The position numbers and the translations under genes were made by a program. DNA of 64,000 nucleotides from Chloroflexota bacterium (GTDB taxonomy: Bacteria; Chloroflexota; UBA11872). The number at the start of each line of letters is the position of its first letter. Position 1 is the stretch's first letter. The notes under the pieces were generated by a model. That model saw only the letters and a program-made list of their open reading frames with translations, was not told the origin of the DNA and did not search any database. The stretch covers positions 2,559 through 66,558 of the forward strand of contig JAPOXD010000021.1 in the NCBI GenBank assembly GCA_026707285.1, in the 5' to 3' direction. Below are positions 44,644 to 54,055 of this stretch, piece by piece.

Positions 44644-46257
44644 CTATCCGGCGACGGGTGCGTCGTCGCCGATCGGGGCGGGGACATAGGATTCGGCGTC
44701 GCCCAGCATCTCGAAGGGGCCTTCGATCCACCGGACGGGATCGACGGCGGCGCCCGCGACGTACATCTCCCAATGGATGTGGGGACCGGTCGAGCGACCG
44801 GTTGAGCCCACCAGACCGACGGTGGCGCCGCGCTCGACCACCTGACCGAGCAAGACCGAGAAGTCGTGCAGGTGATAGAAGAGCGTGTAGACGCCGAAGC
44901 CGTGATCCAGGATCACCGTGTTGCCACGGATCGTGAGCGGCCCGACAAAGGCGACGCGTCCTCGATTTGGCGCGGGGATTGGAGCTCCGGTCGGCGCCGC
45001 GTAGTCGACGCCTTCGTGCACCGACATGAATGATCCGGGCTGCAAGGTGCGGCGCTCGCCGTAAGGCGAAGTGACCCGGCCGACGCCGGGCCGCTGGAAC
45101 GGCCCGGACCACAGCGGCCCCCCGCTCACCCGCTGCACGATGGTGTGGAGAAACTCGCGCTCTTCCTGTGCGACGGCCTCGTCGAGCAAGTCTTCGTGGC
45201 TTTCCGGAATATGGAACTCCGCCGAGGGGTACTCGCGCTCCGCAAGCTCGACCGAGATGTCGACCATGCGCTCGCCGACGCTCACTTGCAGGTCCTGCGG
45301 GCCTGTCATGGCCGTGGAGGCCGTCCCAACCATGGCGTGCCACGTGCCGTCGAGGCAGAGCAGCGGGGCGGCTTGCCCATTCCAGGTCACCGACACGCCG
45401 GGGGCCGCCGTGTGCACTTGGATGCCGATCGCGTCGCCCGGCTGCGGCGTCTCGGAGTTGATGGTCACAAGGTCCGCATCGGCGGGCGGCGCGTGGGGGT
45501 CGATGGGCGTGGTCGCCGCCGCCGGATAGAGGCCGGCTTCCTTGGCCAAATCACCCGAATTGGCGAAGACGACCTGGCCGGCGCGGGCCCACGGCACGTC
45601 CACCAGCCACTGCTGCAGCACGGCTCGCTGCGTCCGCATCGCCACCATGCTGCCGAAGTCGCCGTAGGCGATGGGCAGCCCGAGCCGCGTGAGCCAGCTG
45701 GGCACGGCGAAGTAGGCGTCGCGAATGGCCGGATTCACGTCCAGCAGCGCCAGGTGGTTCTCCATGATCTGGGAAAACGGCACGCCGGCGTCCTCGGGCA
45801 GCGTGGCGTGCCTGGGCACCTGCCGGAACGATTCCAGCCAATCGTCGTGGCCCTCTCGATTCATGACGTCCATGGTGTTGGCCACGTTGACGCCGTCCTT
45901 GGACGGGTCCCACTGCAGCACCATCTTTTGAAACGCTTGCACGAGAAAGCCATGCAGGAGGAAGCGGTGCGACACCGGGTAGCCGACCACCTGGATGCCG
46001 CCGAGCTCCTGAAACGCCGTCCAGAACTTGGCGGCGTCGTCATCCCGCACGGGATAGCCGCCGCCGGTGTCGCCGCCCGTCTGGGTAAAGAAGCGGCCAC
46101 CGTTGATCGGAAAGTCGGGCCCGAAACCGCAGGCCGTGCCGAACGGTACTTCGGGCACCTCTGCCGCCAGCGGCACGGGCAGCGCAGCCAGCGCGAGGGC
46201 GAGGACGAGAGCCACGGCCACACGGCGCATGGCGGACCGAGTGCGGGGGGATTTCAC
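44644..46257 (-). CDS. secreted M23-family metallopeptidase (LytM/lysostaphin-type) with large N-terminal domain
   Basis: signal peptide MRRVAVALVLALALAALPVPLAA; C-terminal M23 motifs HEGVDYAAP...HLHDFSV..G..VG.VGSTGRSTGPHIHWEM. Confidence 0.8.
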   Translation of the reverse strand: MKSPRTRSAMRRVAVALVLALALAALPVPLAAEVPEVPFGTACGFGPDFPINGGRFFTQTGGDTGGGYPVRDDDAAKFWTAFQELGGIQVVGYPVSHRFLLHGFLVQAFQKMVLQWDPSKDGVNVANTMDVMNREGHDDWLESFRQVPRHATLPEDAGVPFSQIMENHLALLDVNPAIRDAYFAVPSWLTRLGLPIAYGDFGSMVAMRTQRAVLQQWLVDVPWARAGQVVFANSGDLAKEAGLYPAAATTPIDPHAPPADADLVTINSETPQPGDAIGIQVHTAAPGVSVTWNGQAAPLLCLDGTWHAMVGTASTAMTGPQDLQVSVGERMVDISVELAEREYPSAEFHIPESHEDLLDEAVAQEEREFLHTIVQRVSGGPLWSGPFQRPGVGRVTSPYGERRTLQPGSFMSVHEGVDYAAPTGAPIPAPNRGRVAFVGPLTIRGNTVILDHGFGVYTLFYHLHDFSVLLGQVVERGATVGLVGSTGRSTGPHIHWEMYVAGAAVDPVRWIEGPFEMLGDAESYVPAPIGDDAPVAG

Positions 46258-46370
46258 AGGCGATTAGCCTAGCATCGGAACGGCGGCGGCACCGGTGATC
46301 AAACGCCGGCGCACGCCCGGTGTGACGCGCCGCCGCACGCCCGAAACTCTGGCACTCTTGGTCGCAGATC

Positions 46371-47396
46371 ATGGATGGCGACGCACCCGTGAAGCAGCGC
46401 GGATTCCGACGGCGGGTGGGCGGGCTGGCTCGGGCCGCGAGAACCATGTCGCGGAGCATTGCGGACACCGCGCGGCGCGCCCAGGATCACGTCGGCGAGA
46501 GCGTTGAGGCGACCACTCGCGCCACGATGGCGTGGATCGAAGCCCATACGCAGCTCCGCGTGCTGTACCTGACGGCGGACCGGTTTGGCACCCAGCAGCT
46601 TCCCACGTTCGCCGCCGCCATCAGCTTTCAGACCTTTGTCTCCCTGTTTCCGCTGATTGGCTTCGTCACCGCCATCGCGGCGTTCCTGGTGGAGCCCGAC
46701 GTATTGGTGCAATTCGTCGCGGATCAGTCCGGTGACCTGGCCCCCGGGGCGGAGGATTTTCTGGAAAGCACGCTGCCGTCGATGGCGGCCGTGCGCGAGA
46801 GCGTCGGCGTCATCTCGCTCATCGCGCTCCTGTGGACCGGCAGCAATCTCTTCGGCGCGCTGCGCCGCGGTCTCGACGCGGCAACCGGCGCGACGCGGCG
46901 GCGCACGTTCGTTCAGGGCCGCGCGCTGGATCTCGCCACCACCATGGCTACCGGCGTGTTGCTCGGCGTGTCCGTGACCGTGACCGCCGTGCTGACGTTT
47001 CTGCTGCAATCCGAGCTGCTCGGCGGCGGCTCGCCGTTTGCCTGGCTCGGGTGGCTGCTGCGCTGGCTTGGCGTGCTGCTGCCGATCCTCTTCGCCACCG
47101 GCGTGTTCGGTCTGATGTATCACCTGGTGCCGGCCGAGCGCCTGGCGTGGCGTCCGGCGCTGGCGGGCGGACTGGTGGGAGCCGTCGGGTTCGAGATCGG
47201 GAAGAACGCCTTCGTCTGGTACACGGCCAACTTCGGTTCGTTCAACGCGATCTACGGCCCGATTGCGACGGTTGTCCTGCTGCTGATCTGGATCTACTTC
47301 AGCAGCATGATCTTCCTGGCCGGAGCGGCGTTCGGCTCGGCGGTGTCCGCCGCGATGGCGCGCGGTGAGCCCCCTCGAGCCGGCGCGGGCGCCTAA
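46371..47396 (+). CDS. YihY/BrkB (ribonuclease BN-like) family membrane protein
   Basis: conserved FAAAISFQTFVSLFPLIGFV..; six TM segments; true start may be downstream (e.g. 46527). Confidence 0.7.
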   Translation: MDGDAPVKQRGFRRRVGGLARAARTMSRSIADTARRAQDHVGESVEATTRATMAWIEAHTQLRVLYLTADRFGTQQLPTFAAAISFQTFVSLFPLIGFVTAIAAFLVEPDVLVQFVADQSGDLAPGAEDFLESTLPSMAAVRESVGVISLIALLWTGSNLFGALRRGLDAATGATRRRTFVQGRALDLATTMATGVLLGVSVTVTAVLTFLLQSELLGGGSPFAWLGWLLRWLGVLLPILFATGVFGLMYHLVPAERLAWRPALAGGLVGAVGFEIGKNAFVWYTANFGSFNAIYGPIATVVLLLIWIYFSSMIFLAGAAFGSAVSAAMARGEPPRAGAGA

Positions 47397-47474
47397 GGCG
47401 CCGCAGGAACGTTACATTCGTCACCTGAGAGACACATGCGTCACCGGCGCGGCGTTGTAGGGTAGGCATCCGGG

Positions 47475-48620
47475 ATGGCTCACATCGCCCTCAACGCGCT
47501 GCCGGTATTCACCGAAGCCACATTTCGCAACGCCGGCGTGAGCCGCTTCAGCGCGCGCCTCATCGATGCCGTGCTTGAGACCGACGCCACGCATAGGTAC
47601 TCGGTCTTCCTCAATGACAGCGTGCGCGAGCCGCCGTTTCGTACCCGGCCCGGAGTCCGCCTGCGGCGCACGCGGCTCCCAACGTCGCGCACCTGGGTGC
47701 GGATTCTCTGGGAGCACCTGGTGGCGCCGGGGTACCTGGCCCTGGTCGGCGCCGACGTCGTGCATTCGTTTCTGAACGTGACGCCGCTGGCCGCGCCGGG
47801 ACGGCATGTGGTGGTGGTTCACGACCTGTCCTTTCTGCGGGCGCCCGAGACCCACCCGTCCCACCGACGGTGGTACCTGAATGCAGCCACCCGCTTGTCC
47901 ACCCGGCGAGCGAGCGCGGTGCTGGCGGATTCCAAGTCGACGCGCCGCGACCTCATTGAGCTGTTCGGCGTGCCGCCGGACAAGATTTCCGTGGTCTACG
48001 CCGGTGTGGAACCTCAGTTTCATCCGCGCCCCGAGGCCGAGGTCGAGGCGTTCTGCGCGGCGCACGGCGTGCGGCGGCCCTTCGTGCTCAGCGTAGGGAC
48101 CATCGAGCCCCGCAAGAACGTCGACGTACTGATACGAGCATTCGCCCGTCTGAGACGCGAGGGCCGTTACGCGGGCTCGCTGGTCATCGTTGGAGGACGT
48201 GGATGGATGGGCGTGGATGTGCCCGACCTTATCCAAGCGGCACAGGTGGGCGATTGCGCGCGCTGGCTCGGTTACGTCGATCAACGGGAGCTTCCCTTTT
48301 GGTACAGTGCAACTGACTTGCTGGTGTACCCCTCCAGCTATGAGGGGTTCGGCATGCCACCGCTTGAAGCCATGGCCAGCGGCGCGCCTGTGATCACGTC
48401 CAACCGGTCGTCCTTGCCGGAAGTCGTGGGAGACGCCGGGATCACGGTCGAACCACGGGATGAAGCCGCCCTCGCCGACGCCATGGCCCGAGTCCTGGAG
48501 TCACCCGAACGCCGCGACGCCATGCGCTCGCGGGGCCTCGTCCAAGCCCAGCGATTCAGTTGGCAATCGGCAGCTGAGACATGTCTCAACGCGTATCAGA
48601 GCGTCCTGAAATCGCGGTAA
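47475..48620 (+). CDS. glycosyltransferase family 4 (GT-B)
   Basis: C-terminal ..VYPSSYEGFGMPPLEAMASGAPVITSNRSSLPEVVGDAG.. EX7E-type motif. Confidence 0.8.
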   Translation: MAHIALNALPVFTEATFRNAGVSRFSARLIDAVLETDATHRYSVFLNDSVREPPFRTRPGVRLRRTRLPTSRTWVRILWEHLVAPGYLALVGADVVHSFLNVTPLAAPGRHVVVVHDLSFLRAPETHPSHRRWYLNAATRLSTRRASAVLADSKSTRRDLIELFGVPPDKISVVYAGVEPQFHPRPEAEVEAFCAAHGVRRPFVLSVGTIEPRKNVDVLIRAFARLRREGRYAGSLVIVGGRGWMGVDVPDLIQAAQVGDCARWLGYVDQRELPFWYSATDLLVYPSSYEGFGMPPLEAMASGAPVITSNRSSLPEVVGDAGITVEPRDEAALADAMARVLESPERRDAMRSRGLVQAQRFSWQSAAETCLNAYQSVLKSR

Positions 48621-50089
48621 CCGCACCGGCGCCCCCACCCGAATCCGTGGGCCGCGCCCGCGGGTCGCCGTGGCGCGTCCTCACGTCACCGTGGCTCACC
48701 GCCCTGGGCGACGTGGCCGTACTGTTCGGCGCCTTCGTGTTCGCGTACGCCCTGCGCTACGTCTGGAGTCTGGGCCCGGAGCTCAACGAGTTCCAGTTCA
48801 CGCCCATCGACGCCTACTGGGTCGTCGCCGGCCTCTTCATCCCCGTCACAGTGCTGAGCTTCTACGTGCTGGGGCGCTATTCGGGGCGGCGCAGCGTGTC
48901 GCTCCTGGACGAGTTGCCGCGGATTGCGGCGGGCGTGGTGATCGGCACGGCGGCGGTGGTCTTCGTGTTCTTCGTGTCGCGGCCGTTGTTCTTCTCGCGC
49001 CTGATGTTCATGTACCTCGGGGCGGCCGGGGCCGTGGGCACGCTGGTGTGGCTGGGATTGCGGCTGGGCCTGGTGCAGGTGGTGCGCCGGGCCGGCTTCG
49101 ACAACCAGCGCATCGTAGTCGTGGGCAGCGGGGTGGTGGCCAAGTACCTGATGCAGCAGCTGTCCGCGTCGCCGGCATCGGGCAACCGCGTGATCGGCTA
49201 CCTGGAGGAGAGCGACGACCAAGGCAATGGCTCGGGATTCGGCCGGTTTCAGCGACTGGGCGACCTCAACGACCTGGAAGTGCTGATCCGAACCGAGACG
49301 ATCGACGTGGTGTATATCGCGTTGTCGGCGACGACGCAGCACAACCTGGAACCGCTCATCGAGCGCTGCCGGGTCCACGGCGTGCGCTTCCGAGTGGTGC
49401 CCGACCTGCTGGAGGCGCAGTTTGGCCGCATGGAGATCCACCCGTTGGCGGGGATCCCCCTGGTCACACTGAGCGACAACGCCATCGTCGGCTTCAAATA
49501 CGTGCAAAAGCGCGCGCTGGACATCGTGGTGAGCCTGCTCGGGCTCATCATCAGCGCGCCGCTGTGTCTGGTGATCGCGATTGCCATTCGGGTGGATTCG
49601 CGGGGCCCGGTCCTGTTTCGCCAGACGCGCATCGGCAAAGACGGCGCCGAGTTCACCCTCTTCAAGTTCCGGTCGATGGTGGTGGACGCGGAGGCCTTGA
49701 AGCGCCAAATGATCGCCGGCGGCCCGCACCCCGCGCTTTTCAAGATTCGCGACGACTCGCGTCGCACCCGGGTCGGACGCGTCCTGCGCCGCATGAGCCT
49801 GGACGAGCTGCCGCAGCTCTTCAATGTCCTGACCGGCAGCATGAGCCTGATCGGACCGCGGGCGCAGGTATCCGACGAGGTGGCCCAGTACGACGAGTGG
49901 GCGCGACACCGCCTGCGCGTGCATCCCGGCCTCACCGGGCTGTGGCAGGTCAGCGGACGCAGCGACCTCCCCTTCGAGGAAATGGTGATGCTCGACACGT
50001 ACTACGTCGCCAACTGGTCGCTCGGCCTCGACCTGAAGATCCTGGTGAAGACTATTCCGGCCGTGCTGTCCGGACGCGGCGCATTCTGA
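48581..50089 (+). CDS. polyprenyl-phosphate sugar phosphotransferase (WbaP/WcaJ-type priming 'bacterial sugar transferase')
   Basis: N-terminal TM helices plus C-terminal ..PLCLVIAIAIRVDSRGPVLFRQTRIGKDGAEFTLFKFRSM..DELPQLFNVLTGSMSLIGPR.. Confidence 0.85.
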   Translation: MSQRVSERPEIAVTAPAPPPESVGRARGSPWRVLTSPWLTALGDVAVLFGAFVFAYALRYVWSLGPELNEFQFTPIDAYWVVAGLFIPVTVLSFYVLGRYSGRRSVSLLDELPRIAAGVVIGTAAVVFVFFVSRPLFFSRLMFMYLGAAGAVGTLVWLGLRLGLVQVVRRAGFDNQRIVVVGSGVVAKYLMQQLSASPASGNRVIGYLEESDDQGNGSGFGRFQRLGDLNDLEVLIRTETIDVVYIALSATTQHNLEPLIERCRVHGVRFRVVPDLLEAQFGRMEIHPLAGIPLVTLSDNAIVGFKYVQKRALDIVVSLLGLIISAPLCLVIAIAIRVDSRGPVLFRQTRIGKDGAEFTLFKFRSMVVDAEALKRQMIAGGPHPALFKIRDDSRRTRVGRVLRRMSLDELPQLFNVLTGSMSLIGPRAQVSDEVAQYDEWARHRLRVHPGLTGLWQVSGRSDLPFEEMVMLDTYYVANWSLGLDLKILVKTIPAVLSGRGAF

Positions 50090-50117
50090 GATCGCGCCGA
50101 GTCGCCGGAGTGCCGGA

Positions 50118-51227
50118 ATGAGCGTCGCCCTCGTCCACGACTGGCTCAATCAGCAGGGCGGCGCCGAAGTGGTGCTGGAACAACTGCACGCGATGTATCC
50201 GGACGCCCCCGTATACACGTCGTTCTATGCCCAGGACCTCGTGGACCCCGCCTTTCGTCAACTGGACGTTCGCACCAACTGGCTGCAACGCCTGCCCGGC
50301 TGGCGCACGCGGCATCAGGCCTTTCTCCCGCTCTACCCGCTCGCGTTTCAGTCGACGCGGGTCCGAGACGCCAAGGTCGTGGTGAGCAACGTGAGCGCGT
50401 TTTGCAAGGGCATTCAGACGCCGCCAGGGTCGATCCACGTCTGCTACTGCCTCACCCCGACGCGATTCATCTGGATGCCGGAGGCGTATCTGCTGCGCGA
50501 AGGCTATCCCGCCTGGCTGCCCCGCGCGCTGGCGCCGCTGCTCTGGTGGATGCGGCGGTGGGACCGCGCGGCGGCGCAGAAGGTGACGCAGTTCGTCGCC
50601 ATCTCGCAGGCCGTGGCCGAGCGGATCCGCCGCTTCTACGGGCGAGAGGCCATGGTCGTGCACCCACCGGTGCACACGACGCGGTTCGCGCCCACGACGG
50701 AGGTGGGCGACTACTTTCTGGTCGTGTCGCGGTTGATTCCCTACAAGCGCATCGACCTGGCCGTGCGCGCGTGCACGGAGGCGTCGCTGCCGCTTGTGGT
50801 CGTGGGCGACGGCCGCGACCTACACTCCCTGCGTCGGATGGCCGGGCCGACCGTCAGGTTCGCCGGCCGCGTGTCCGACGACGAAGTGCGACGGCACATG
50901 GCGCGCTGCCGCGCGTTCGTGTTCCCCGGTGAGGAGGATTTCGGCATCGCTCCGGTAGAGGCCCAGGCCGCCGGCCGCCCGGTGGTGGCATACGCCGCCG
51001 GCGGCGCGCTGGAGACCGTGCGCGACGGCGAGACGGGCGTGCTGTTTCCCGAACCGACCGTGCCCAGCCTGCTGCAGGCCCTGGAGCGCGTCACCGACAT
51101 GCCCATCGATGCCGCGCGTCTCGTGCGACATGCCGCGCAATTCGACGCCTCCGTGTTTCGGTCCAAGCTGCGGCGCGCCATCGAGCTGACCGTCGAGCGG
51201 GCGCGCGCGCCCGAGGCGGCGACCTAG
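50118..51227 (+). CDS. glycosyltransferase family 4 (GT-B)
   Basis: ..RCRAFVFPGEEDFGIAPVEAQAAGRPVVAYAAGGALETV.. Confidence 0.8.
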   Translation: MSVALVHDWLNQQGGAEVVLEQLHAMYPDAPVYTSFYAQDLVDPAFRQLDVRTNWLQRLPGWRTRHQAFLPLYPLAFQSTRVRDAKVVVSNVSAFCKGIQTPPGSIHVCYCLTPTRFIWMPEAYLLREGYPAWLPRALAPLLWWMRRWDRAAAQKVTQFVAISQAVAERIRRFYGREAMVVHPPVHTTRFAPTTEVGDYFLVVSRLIPYKRIDLAVRACTEASLPLVVVGDGRDLHSLRRMAGPTVRFAGRVSDDEVRRHMARCRAFVFPGEEDFGIAPVEAQAAGRPVVAYAAGGALETVRDGETGVLFPEPTVPSLLQALERVTDMPIDAARLVRHAAQFDASVFRSKLRRAIELTVERARAPEAAT

Positions 51228-51899
51228 GTGTCGTCGGCACGCTTCGGGCGAGTGGTGCAGCGCTGGTGGGTATTCATCGCCGCCGTCACCGGCGCCACGA
51301 TCATCGCCGCCATCGTGTGGCAACTCGTGGGACCGGTGGGGCTGCGCGCCGAGGCCGAGCTCGTCCTCACGCTGAACCTGCCGGAGGAAAGCCAGCGCCT
51401 GCAATACGGCGCCGAGAGCAGCCGGGCGCAGGCGGCGGGAATCGTGATAGAGGACCTGGCGCGTCTCACGCGCGGCCGAGAGTTGCTGCGGCTGGCGCAC
51501 GCGGAGGTGACCGACGCCGGCCACACCATGGACTTCCGGACCATGTTCGAGACCATCGACGTCTATCCGCTCTCGCGCGGGCTGCGCATCGAGCTGGATT
51601 GGGGCGACGGCCCGGCGGCGCAGGCGCTGATCGACAGCATCGTGACGCTGCTGATCGACAATCAGGATTCCTACTACCCCACGCTGGGCGAGATTGGCAC
51701 GCTGCGGCTGAGCGACAAGACTGACGAGCCCGAGCGCCCGCCGCGAGCGCTGGCGGCGCTTGACGTTGTGCTCAAGTCGGCGGTGGCGCTGATTCTTGCC
51801 GTTGCCGTAGCGCTGGTCGCGGATTGGCGGCTCAATCGGCTGCACGAGTCCGACGTGACCGACCTGATCGACGCGCCGGTGATCGGCCGCCTGCCGTGA
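51228..51899 (+). CDS. Wzz/polysaccharide co-polymerase-like protein (2 TM flanking a periplasmic domain)
   Basis: N-terminal TM (WWVFIAAVTGATIIAAIVW) and C-terminal TM (AVALILAVAVALVADW); immediately follows the GT genes; start overlaps the upstream stop. Confidence 0.5.
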   Translation: MSSARFGRVVQRWWVFIAAVTGATIIAAIVWQLVGPVGLRAEAELVLTLNLPEESQRLQYGAESSRAQAAGIVIEDLARLTRGRELLRLAHAEVTDAGHTMDFRTMFETIDVYPLSRGLRIELDWGDGPAAQALIDSIVTLLIDNQDSYYPTLGEIGTLRLSDKTDEPERPPRALAALDVVLKSAVALILAVAVALVADWRLNRLHESDVTDLIDAPVIGRLP

Positions 51900-51919
51900 C
51901 GGAAGCCCACCCCGGATCG

Positions 51920-52507
51920 ATGCGTTGGCCATTCGTCGCCATCGCGGGCGCGGCGGCGGCGGTGATCGCCGTGATCGTGAGCGCCATCGTGGTGGCGGTG
52001 GCCGAGCCGGTCTACCGCGCGTCGACGGACGTCTCGATCCGACCGAGGATCGCCGACCTGGGAGCCTCGGAAGCCGCATCACGTTTGATCCGCAACTACG
52101 CGGTCTGGGTCGACTCGGAGGGCTACGCCGCGCGGCTGAGCCCGGAGATTCGGGGCGGCCTGTCCGACGCCGAGATCGTCAAGCGCGTGCGGACCAACGG
52201 CGACTCCGACCGGCTGGTGGTGACCATTCAATCCGAGGACGAGGACGCCGACCGCGCAGCGGCGGTGGTGAACGGGCTGGCCGACGCGCTGGTGGCCGAA
52301 GTGGCCACGCCGGCGCGCTTGAACGACCCGGAGAAGGGACTCGAGGTCTCGGTCATCGACGCCGCGAAGGCGCCCGGCGCCCCGACGTGGCCGCGGGGCG
52401 AGGTGGTGATCCCGGTCGCGGCCATCGTGGGCGCCGTGGTGGGCGCCGCCGTGGCCTGGCTCATCGCCCCGGCGATGCCACGCGCGCGCAATGAAGGCGG
52501 CGCCTGA
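51920..52507 (+). CDS. second Wzz/polysaccharide co-polymerase-like protein
   Basis: TM MRWPFVAIAGAAAAVIAVIVSAIVVAVA, periplasmic region, C-terminal TM VVIPVAAIVGAVVGAAVAWLIA; start at internal ATG 51920. Confidence 0.5.
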   Translation: MRWPFVAIAGAAAAVIAVIVSAIVVAVAEPVYRASTDVSIRPRIADLGASEAASRLIRNYAVWVDSEGYAARLSPEIRGGLSDAEIVKRVRTNGDSDRLVVTIQSEDEDADRAAAVVNGLADALVAEVATPARLNDPEKGLEVSVIDAAKAPGAPTWPRGEVVIPVAAIVGAVVGAAVAWLIAPAMPRARNEGGA

Positions 52508-53034
52508 TGGGGCAGAGCGGCGGCGGAGCAGCCATGCCCGGCATCGACGAGCTGCGCACCAACGTGCTCGTGGCCCTGGCCGACACGCCGCATCCGCTCG
52601 TGGCCGTGACCAGCCCCCGCGCCGATACGCGGCGGCTGGACGTGGCAGCGGCGCTGGCGGCATCGGTGGAGCAGACCGGACGCCGGGTGGCGCTGGTGGA
52701 CGCGGACGTGTCCGAGCCGCGCGACGGCACGGCGGCGGCCGCAAGCACCGCGACCAAGACCGCGCCGGCGGTCTCCGAATCGAATCCAGCGCTGCTCGTA
52801 GCCGAGGCCTTTCGGGACCTGCTGGCCGACACCGCCGACGCCAACGACCTGGTGGTGGTGGCGTGCCCGCCGGTGCTCGACGTGGCCGAGACGCGCGCCA
52901 TCACCGCGGCGTGCACCGCCACCGTGCTCGTGGCCTCGCAGCGCACCTCACGTCGCGATTCGACGGTGCAGGCCGCCAGGGTGCTGCGCGAGGCTGGCGC
53001 GCGGCTGCTGGGCGTGGCCCTGCGACGCTCCTAG
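52507..53034 (+). CDS. BY-kinase-like (CpsD/CapB-type P-loop) domain protein with degenerate Walker A: probable pseudo-kinase or modulator
   Basis: ..LVAVTSPRADTRRLDVAAALAASVEQTGRRVALVDADV.. aligns to the BY-kinase pattern ..ITS..pgEGKST.a.NLA...A..G.rvLLiDaD.R.P but lacks GxGK[ST]; no C-terminal Tyr cluster. Confidence 0.4.
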   Translation: MGQSGGGAAMPGIDELRTNVLVALADTPHPLVAVTSPRADTRRLDVAAALAASVEQTGRRVALVDADVSEPRDGTAAAASTATKTAPAVSESNPALLVAEAFRDLLADTADANDLVVVACPPVLDVAETRAITAACTATVLVASQRTSRRDSTVQAARVLREAGARLLGVALRRS

Positions 53035-54047
53035 GCGTTCCGGCGCAGCGGACCGAGGTCGGCCGGCGGTAGCTCGTCCGCCAGCATGCGCTCGTAGGCC
53101 GCGCGCGTGGCGGCGTCGGCTTCCTCCATGACGGCGGCGGGAATGTCGGCCTCGGCTGCAGCCACCGCCGTGGCGACCTCGTCCGGATTGCGGAAACCCA
53201 CCAGCGCGGTCGAGACGGTCGGATTCTCGATGACCCAGCGCAGCGCCAGTTGCGGCAGGTCCAGTCCGGCCTGCTGCGCCAGCGCGCGCACCTGGTCCAC
53301 CACCTCGAGGTTCCGCGGCAGGTGATCGGCGCGAAACAGCGGGAGGCCGAAGGCATAGCCGGTGCCCCGCCAATCCTCCTCATCGAGCTTGGTGTCGGCG
53401 GTTAGCTGCCCGGCGAGCACACCGTGCGCCAAGGAGCCATAGGCCATTACCCCGACGCCATGCTCCTCGCAGGCGGGAAACCTGCGCTCGGCGTGGCGCC
53501 GGTCGAGCATGTGATAGCCGACCTGGTTGGCGACCATGGGCAGGACGGCCGAAGCCTCGACCATCTGCTCGGGCGTGTAGTTGGAGACGCCGACGAACCG
53601 GACCTTGCCCTCGTCGACAAGCTCCTTGGCCGCGCCCATGGTGTCGGCGATGGGCGTATCGGGGTCCGGCCAGTGGTGCAGGAACACGTCGACGTGGTCC
53701 ATGCCGAGGTTCCGCAGGCTGCGCTCGCAACTGCGGCGGACCGTCGCGGGCCGGGCGTCCAGCCGGTTGGCCTGCACGGACTCGTCGTACTCGATGCCGA
53801 ACTTAGTGACCACGATCGCTTCATCGCGTCGTCCGCGCAGGGCCGCGCCTAGCAGATTCTCGGAGTGCCCGAAGCCGTAGCCGGCGGCGGTGTCGAACAG
53901 ATTGACTCCCTGGTCGAGCGCGGCGTGGATCGTGGACGTGGCCTCGTCGTCCATGGCCGCGCCGTAAAAGCGCCCGCCCATGGGCCAGCCCCCGAATCCG
54001 ACCACGCTCACGCGCAGCTCAGGCGTCCCCAGCTCGCGGTATTGCAC
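53031..54047 (-). CDS. aldo/keto reductase
   Basis: ..GTPELRVSVVGFGGWPMGG..LFDTAAGYG.GHSE..LG.AL.....VVTKFG..; GTG start. Confidence 0.85.
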   Translation of the reverse strand: MQYRELGTPELRVSVVGFGGWPMGGRFYGAAMDDEATSTIHAALDQGVNLFDTAAGYGFGHSENLLGAALRGRRDEAIVVTKFGIEYDESVQANRLDARPATVRRSCERSLRNLGMDHVDVFLHHWPDPDTPIADTMGAAKELVDEGKVRFVGVSNYTPEQMVEASAVLPMVANQVGYHMLDRRHAERRFPACEEHGVGVMAYGSLAHGVLAGQLTADTKLDEEDWRGTGYAFGLPLFRADHLPRNLEVVDQVRALAQQAGLDLPQLALRWVIENPTVSTALVGFRNPDEVATAVAAAEADIPAAVMEEADAATRAAYERMLADELPPADLGPLRRNA

Positions 54048-54055
54048 GCCCGCGC

